64,000 bases of DNA, from the NCBI GenBank assembly GCA_951406725.2, contig OX597822.1, forward strand, positions 30,070,001 through 30,134,000, in the 5' to 3' direction. The notes below the pieces were generated by a model. The model was not told where the DNA came from, ran no database searches, and saw only the letters and a program-made list of their open reading frames with translations. The translations under genes were made by a program, and so were the position numbers. This DNA is from Octopus vulgaris. Taxonomy: Eukaryota. This document shows positions 13,101 through 64,000 of the stretch, piece by piece. Numbering within the stretch: position 1 is the first letter of the stretch; each line of letters begins with the position of its first letter.

Positions 13101-14000
13101 ATTTGCCGTTGTTTTTGAGTAGAAAGTGTGTACGTTCCATGTGAGTTCTGTTATTGTTAACCTGTTATTGTAAACCTGTTATTTCTTGAATTGTTGAATT
13201 ATTGCTTTTACTTGAATTTGTTGGAATTTTTATTTGTCTTTCCTATTTACGGGCGAAGTTGTGAAGAACATTATTATGGAGAATAGACAAGTGCAAACAG
13301 GCAGTTATGCTGCAGTGACTGGCAAAAGCCTGTCAGCGGAGTTACTGCAGGTCCGTGAAATAGTAGTCAAAGACAAGGATTTCAAGAAATACAACACCTT
13401 GTTGAGAAAGAAGGGCGACAGTATCAGACTGACGCCTCCCAAGGAAGTTATTGAGAGTACGGAAAAGAGAACTATTATCTACAGAACTCTAAACATAGCG
13501 TCGAAGAAAGTAGAGATAGCAGCCGTTAAAGCGGTAGAGGCGAAAGAATCGACTACATTCTATACCAGAGGACAGAAGTTCGGCACGGTGGAGGTGCGCT
13601 TCGTAAACGAAAAGAAGTACTCCACTGTAGCTTTGAAATCAGCGGAGTGCGCACTACTACCTACTTACTGTGGCAAACGTGCGGCCAGAGTAAGGACAGG
13701 TAGAGTGTCCCCTGAATTTGACGAGGCATGGCTGGTGGTAGCCATCCTCTATCATACAGAGGAAGAAGCAGAAGTTTTTAAAATGTCAAAGACTACGGAG
13801 GTGAACCAATTGGCTAGAAGTAATAGTTCATATAAGCCTGCCAGACCTCCATAAGATTGTGGAAGAGCTGGTGTTGCCAAACGAGACCAGTTTAAGGATT
13901 GTTGTGGAGGGTAGACCTCCAATACGTTTTGCATGTGGAGTAAGGGGACACATGAAGGCCAAGTGTTCCCAGAAACTAGTGGAGGAATAATAGAAACAGA
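13101..14000 (+). mobile_element. L1/Tx1-like LINE 5' region with disrupted ORF1
   Basis: 206-aa ORF (SYAAV motif) continuing by frameshift into VEGRPP..FACGVRGHMKAKC (CCHC knuckle remnant). Confidence 0.65.
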
Positions 14001-14679
14001 AATGGGTGTATGTAGACGTATGCTTACTTAGAAGAGGAGGTAAGAATAAGAGTAAACGAAAGGTGTGTGAGTCTGGTTGCGTGAGTATTCTCATGTATAC
14101 TAGCCCTCTGGCTATGTGTGTGCACTAGGCCTCTGTGACCTTTTTTAAGGGTTCGGTCTTTTGTCTTTTTTTTGTACTTGGTCAGTTCGGTCACACATCT
14201 GCTGAAGAAAAGTGGCTTATACTTGTGTGCTCGTGTGAGGTATGAGGTGGCGAATACTTGTGCGTATGTTCACACGATGTGTGTGTCGAAGGAGGCGTCA
14301 GAGACGGATGGATGAGGAATTGAGATAAAACAAGAGGGAGACAAATGTGCTTCACTTGGCCTTATTTCAGTATATTGGAAATTATTTTCAAGTAATGACT
14401 TTATTTAGAGCAATTTAAAGCTATCTGAAAACTTTCTAAAGCACATTTATACACAGACAGTGTATTCGCATTTCTTCATTCTATTCGTCTCCATTCAATG
14501 CTCGAACTTTACCGATTGCTTAAAGATGAATAATAATGATAATAATAAAAATATATACCTAAAATAGCTATTAAGGTATCCTTCTTAATATGTATACATC
14601 GTTGACAGGAATATACTAAGATATTCCTTCAGAGATAACAACTCTCATGGACCTGCTGTGTTTAAAAACACAGTATACC

Positions 14680-15030
14680 ATGGTCGAGTGAAATGTTCAT
14701 AGGCTGATCAAGTTACTCTCATGGAACATGACAAAATGAGGTATAATTTTCAGCATGTGTGGACCGCAAGACTCCTTGCGGTCCACACACTTCTTCTATC
14801 GGAGTTGCAGTGCTTGAGTAGCATTGAGAAAGCAGCTTTCATTCTGTTGGTAAAAAAAGTCACCAATAGGCGCAGGAGTGGCTGTGTGGTAAGTAGCTTG
14901 CTAACCAACCTCATGGTTCCGAGTTCAGTCCCACTGCGTGGCATCTTGGGCAAGTGTCTTCTGCTATAGCCCCGGGCCGACCAATGCCTTGTGAGTGGAT
15001 TTGGTAGACGGAAACTGAAAGAAGCCTGTC

Positions 15031-15084
<54 letters not shown>

Positions 15085-15785
15085 GTGTGTTTGTGTGTCT
15101 GTATTTGTCCCCCTAGCATTGCTTGACAACCGATGCTGGTGTGTTTATGTCCCCGTCACTTAGCAGTTCGGCAAAAAGAGATCGATAGAATAAGTACTGG
15201 GCTTACAAAGAATAAGTCTCGGGGTCGATTTGCTCGACTAAAGGCGGTGCTCCAGCATGGCCGCAGTCAAATGACTGAAACAAGTAAAAGAGTAAAAGAG
15301 AGAATAGTAGATATGACGTCATCATCACTGCTACACTCGTTCCCAGTCAAGTGCTTTTTCATATTGGGAGAGAAATGATTGTCAGATGGGGCCAAATCAG
15401 AAGAATATGAAGTCTTATTAATCAATTCAAAGCCACGGTTGCGCACAGCAGCCATTGAAAGCAAGGACTTCCGTGCTGGAGCCTTGTCCTGATGAATCAA
15501 GACCCCTTTCGTCAGTTTTCTTGGGCGCTTGCTCTTGACAACCTTTCGTAACTTCCTCAGCAAGTTGACATAATACTCTCCATTGTTGATGTGGCCCTTT
15601 TGAAGATAGTCAATAAACGCAATACATTTTGCATCCCAAAAAACTGAGGCCATCACCTTCCCGGCACACCAAAACGACTTGGACTTTTCTGGAGAAGGGT
15701 TGACATTAATGCATGCAACATTTCACATCTCTAGCATCACTCTTTCATAGTCAGCTTGTGTACTTTTTAGCCGACACCTCATGTA
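14680..15785 (-). mobile_element. Mariner relic interrupted by a family C SINE
   Basis: MASVFWD..FIDYL.KG, HQD.AP and SDLAPSD motifs at 15300-15660; degenerate TIRs. Confidence 0.8.
14868..15303 (+). mobile_element. Family C tRNA-derived SINE with internal (TA)n
   Basis: Head ggcgcaggagtggctgtgtggtaag, (gagtaaaa)n tail, TSD aatag. Confidence 0.85.
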
Positions 15786-16949
15786 TAGGAGGGAGAGGAA
15801 AATCCCTCCGACAGCGGCTAGCAAGAACGCCAAGCGAATTTCGACCGAGTTGGGTCTTATCAATGACGTGTACCGAAAGTCGTTACACTGATAATAGACG
15901 AAAAGGTCATGGATGGATTGTGAATCATCTCAGTCTACTAATCCCAGTGCTCTTTGTGTGGTAGATGTTATAATATTACTTGTCATTCTCAATGTTGTTA
16001 TTTACTAAACAACATCTTCCTATGAAAATCTCCTATCGTTTCTTTTTTCTCTTTTGAAATAGTAATTATATGTAATTAAAACAAGAAAGAAAAAAACAGT
16101 ATGATTCACCATAACATTTGTAATGGACACAACAACAAACCCGCCCGAGAAGTCTTAGTCGATTTATATAGGCATATTTCAATTGTTGGAACTCCTTTTC
16201 TTTCGTTCTCAGTCGATTGCTTGATGCATAGCAAGTCTTCTTAAGTGGCGCTAACTTAAGAAGTAGTAGCAGAGTGAGTAAGTTTTAACATTAAAGGTGA
16301 CGATATTTGGTCATTCTGCTTGCTAGAAATAGAAGTGAAATATTCTTAAATTTATTCCACGATCCTAAAAAAGGGGGTAAAGAATACAGATAATATGATC
16401 AGATTGGTCAAGGCTGGAAAGCGTTTGATCAAAGATCTATTGAATAAAGGCTGATACCAAGCTAAACAGCAGCAGCAACAACAACAACAACAACAACCTC
16501 ATGACCATTACAATACCCTAGACCTATGAAGATGACAGTCCAGTATTGATTCCAGTTGAAATCAACATTCATTATTTGTTTAATATAATAATAATGTTGG
16601 AACCTGATAGCAGTTGGAATTTTCTCAGAATTTCGGCAGTATACACGAAATAGTCCTTGAATTTCACTAAATATCCCTTACATCTTGAAGATGTTGCCTC
16701 GTAGTGATGTATTCGTGAATATTTTGTCAAACATTATCTTTCAAAAAAGGAAATTTATAACACGAAATGAGAAACAAGTTATGTTATAGTGATTGCTGTG
16801 CTTTGTATAAACCGTACTATTCAAATTGTATAAAATTCTATTAACTATGACTTTATAACAATCTTTTATGACGTTTTTCACAAAAAAATGGACTTGTTAT
16901 TTCGATGTCGTAAATGACAGCATAACAAGCATTTTCGAACATTTTCATC

Positions 16950-62554
<45,605 letters not shown>

Positions 62555-62599
62555 GGGGACCAGATCGTCTTATTTTATTGTTTGGTTTAATATTGAACT

Positions 62600-62605
62600 A
62601 ATAAA
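62600..62605 (+). promoter_or_regulatory. Candidate polyadenylation signal
   Basis: AATAAA 46 nt after the stop codon. Confidence 0.45.
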
Positions 62606-62954
62606 AACATGCGAAGATGGTATTTTTGTTCTTTCTGTTATTTTATGTACCCACACGTTTCTGGGTTAGACTTCATTGTGTGACACCGTGTCTTCTGTCA
62701 TAGCCTATGTTCACAAATACCTTGAGAAAGGAATCTTAGAGGCATTAACTGTTTGGAATCTTACGTGCCTATTATTCCATTGTTTGAGAAATTTCATTGC
62801 ACTACCCACATCGAAATCAAACTCACTGTTTTCAGTTTGCGATGTAGCTATTTCTTAATAAAATAATCTGAGAAACTGTGCTACATTAGAACTCATCAAA
62901 AAAAGAGCAGAAAGTAGGGTCTTATATGAATTTACGACGTGTAATTAATAATAA

Positions 62955-63855
62955 TTTCTACTATAGGCACAAAACTTGAAATTTCAGAAAGAGGAGGCTA
63001 GTTGATTACGTCGACCCAAGTGCTCAACACGAAAGGATGAAATGCAAACAGGACTTCAACAGAATTTGAACTGGGAATGTAAAGAGAGACGAAACGCTGC
63101 TGACGATTCTGCCAGCTCACAGCCTTAGATGTCATAAAATATTGGTTTCAAATTTTGGCACAAGGCCGGCAAATTCGGGGGAGGAGGTCAAGTTAATTGT
63201 ATCGACACCAATGCTCAACCGGTACTTATTTTATCAACCATGAAAGGATGGAAGGCGAAAATCGACCTCGTTAGAATTTGAGCTCAAAACATAAAGATGA
63301 ACGAAATGCTGCTAAATTTCTTTATCCGGCGTGCTAACGATTCTGCCAGCTCACCGCCTTAGATGTAATAAAATATTGGTATAGCTGCAAGAAAACCTGG
63401 TCAACTCTGCATTCTTTATTCACAGTTTATTCATAGGTGCAGGAGTGGCTGTATGGTAAGTAGCTTGCTTACCAACCACATGGTTCCAGGTTCAGTCCCA
63501 CTGCGTGGCATCTTGGGCAAGTGTCTTCTACTATAGCCTCGGGCCAACCAAAGCCTTGTGAGTGGATTTGGTAGACGGAAACTGAAAGAAGCCTGTCGTA
63601 TATATATGTATATATGTATGTATGTGTGTGTATATGTTTGTGTGTCTGTGTTTGTCCCCCCACCATCGCTTGACAACCGATGCTGGTGTGTTTACGTCGC
63701 CATCACTTAGCAGTTGGGCAAAAAGAGATCGATAGAATAAGTACTAGGCTTACAAAGAATAAGTCCTGGGGTCGATTTGCTCGACTAAAGGCGGTGCTCC
63801 AGCATGGCCACAGTCAAACGACTGAAACAATTAAAAGAGTAAAAGAGTAAAAGAG
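62955..63855. mobile_element. Two family A SINEs (-) 62955-63360 and family C SINE (+) 63435-63855
   Basis: Matches other copies in the window. Confidence 0.85.
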
Positions 63856-64000
63856 AGAGTTAAATGTTGAGCTTCAGTACATACAGAAACAGGCACAGGA
63901 TACAATGGTTCGTTGTTTTGGCTCCCCACAAATTTTTATTGCTTTTGCCTGCAACTCCAAATATAAAGATTTCCCAAGCCTACTGACCTCAAACTTAGAC

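Noticed and set aside
16812-16835. TATA-like boxes upstream of the ATG at 16950
   Set aside because: Not distinguishable from background in AT-rich DNA, and the transcription start is unknown.

Overview
Eukaryotic, AT-rich and repeat-dense genomic DNA. The SINE families and microsatellite content suggest a coleoid cephalopod, probably Octopus (inference). By reading splice sites and codon phases by hand I reconstruct one 12-exon + strand gene (16950-62554, 3369 nt CDS, about 1122 aa). It encodes two tandem PH-like N-terminal repeats resembling the FAM71/GARIN (DUF3699) domain, followed by a divergent CDC25-type RasGEF domain split by a long insertion. The last two exons of an upstream tandem paralog lie at 501-1286. 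The rest is SINEs, R4/Dong-like and L1/Tx1-like LINE relics, Penelope-like fragments, Helitrons, Tc1/mariner relics, MITEs and microsatellites. The most striking non-coding signal is a set of hammerhead ribozyme motifs on the sense strand of the gene's introns, including one inside a 108-bp palindrome. Most short ORFs in the supplied track are microsatellite or SINE artefacts. All domain calls are motif recognition by eye, and repeat boundaries are approximate.
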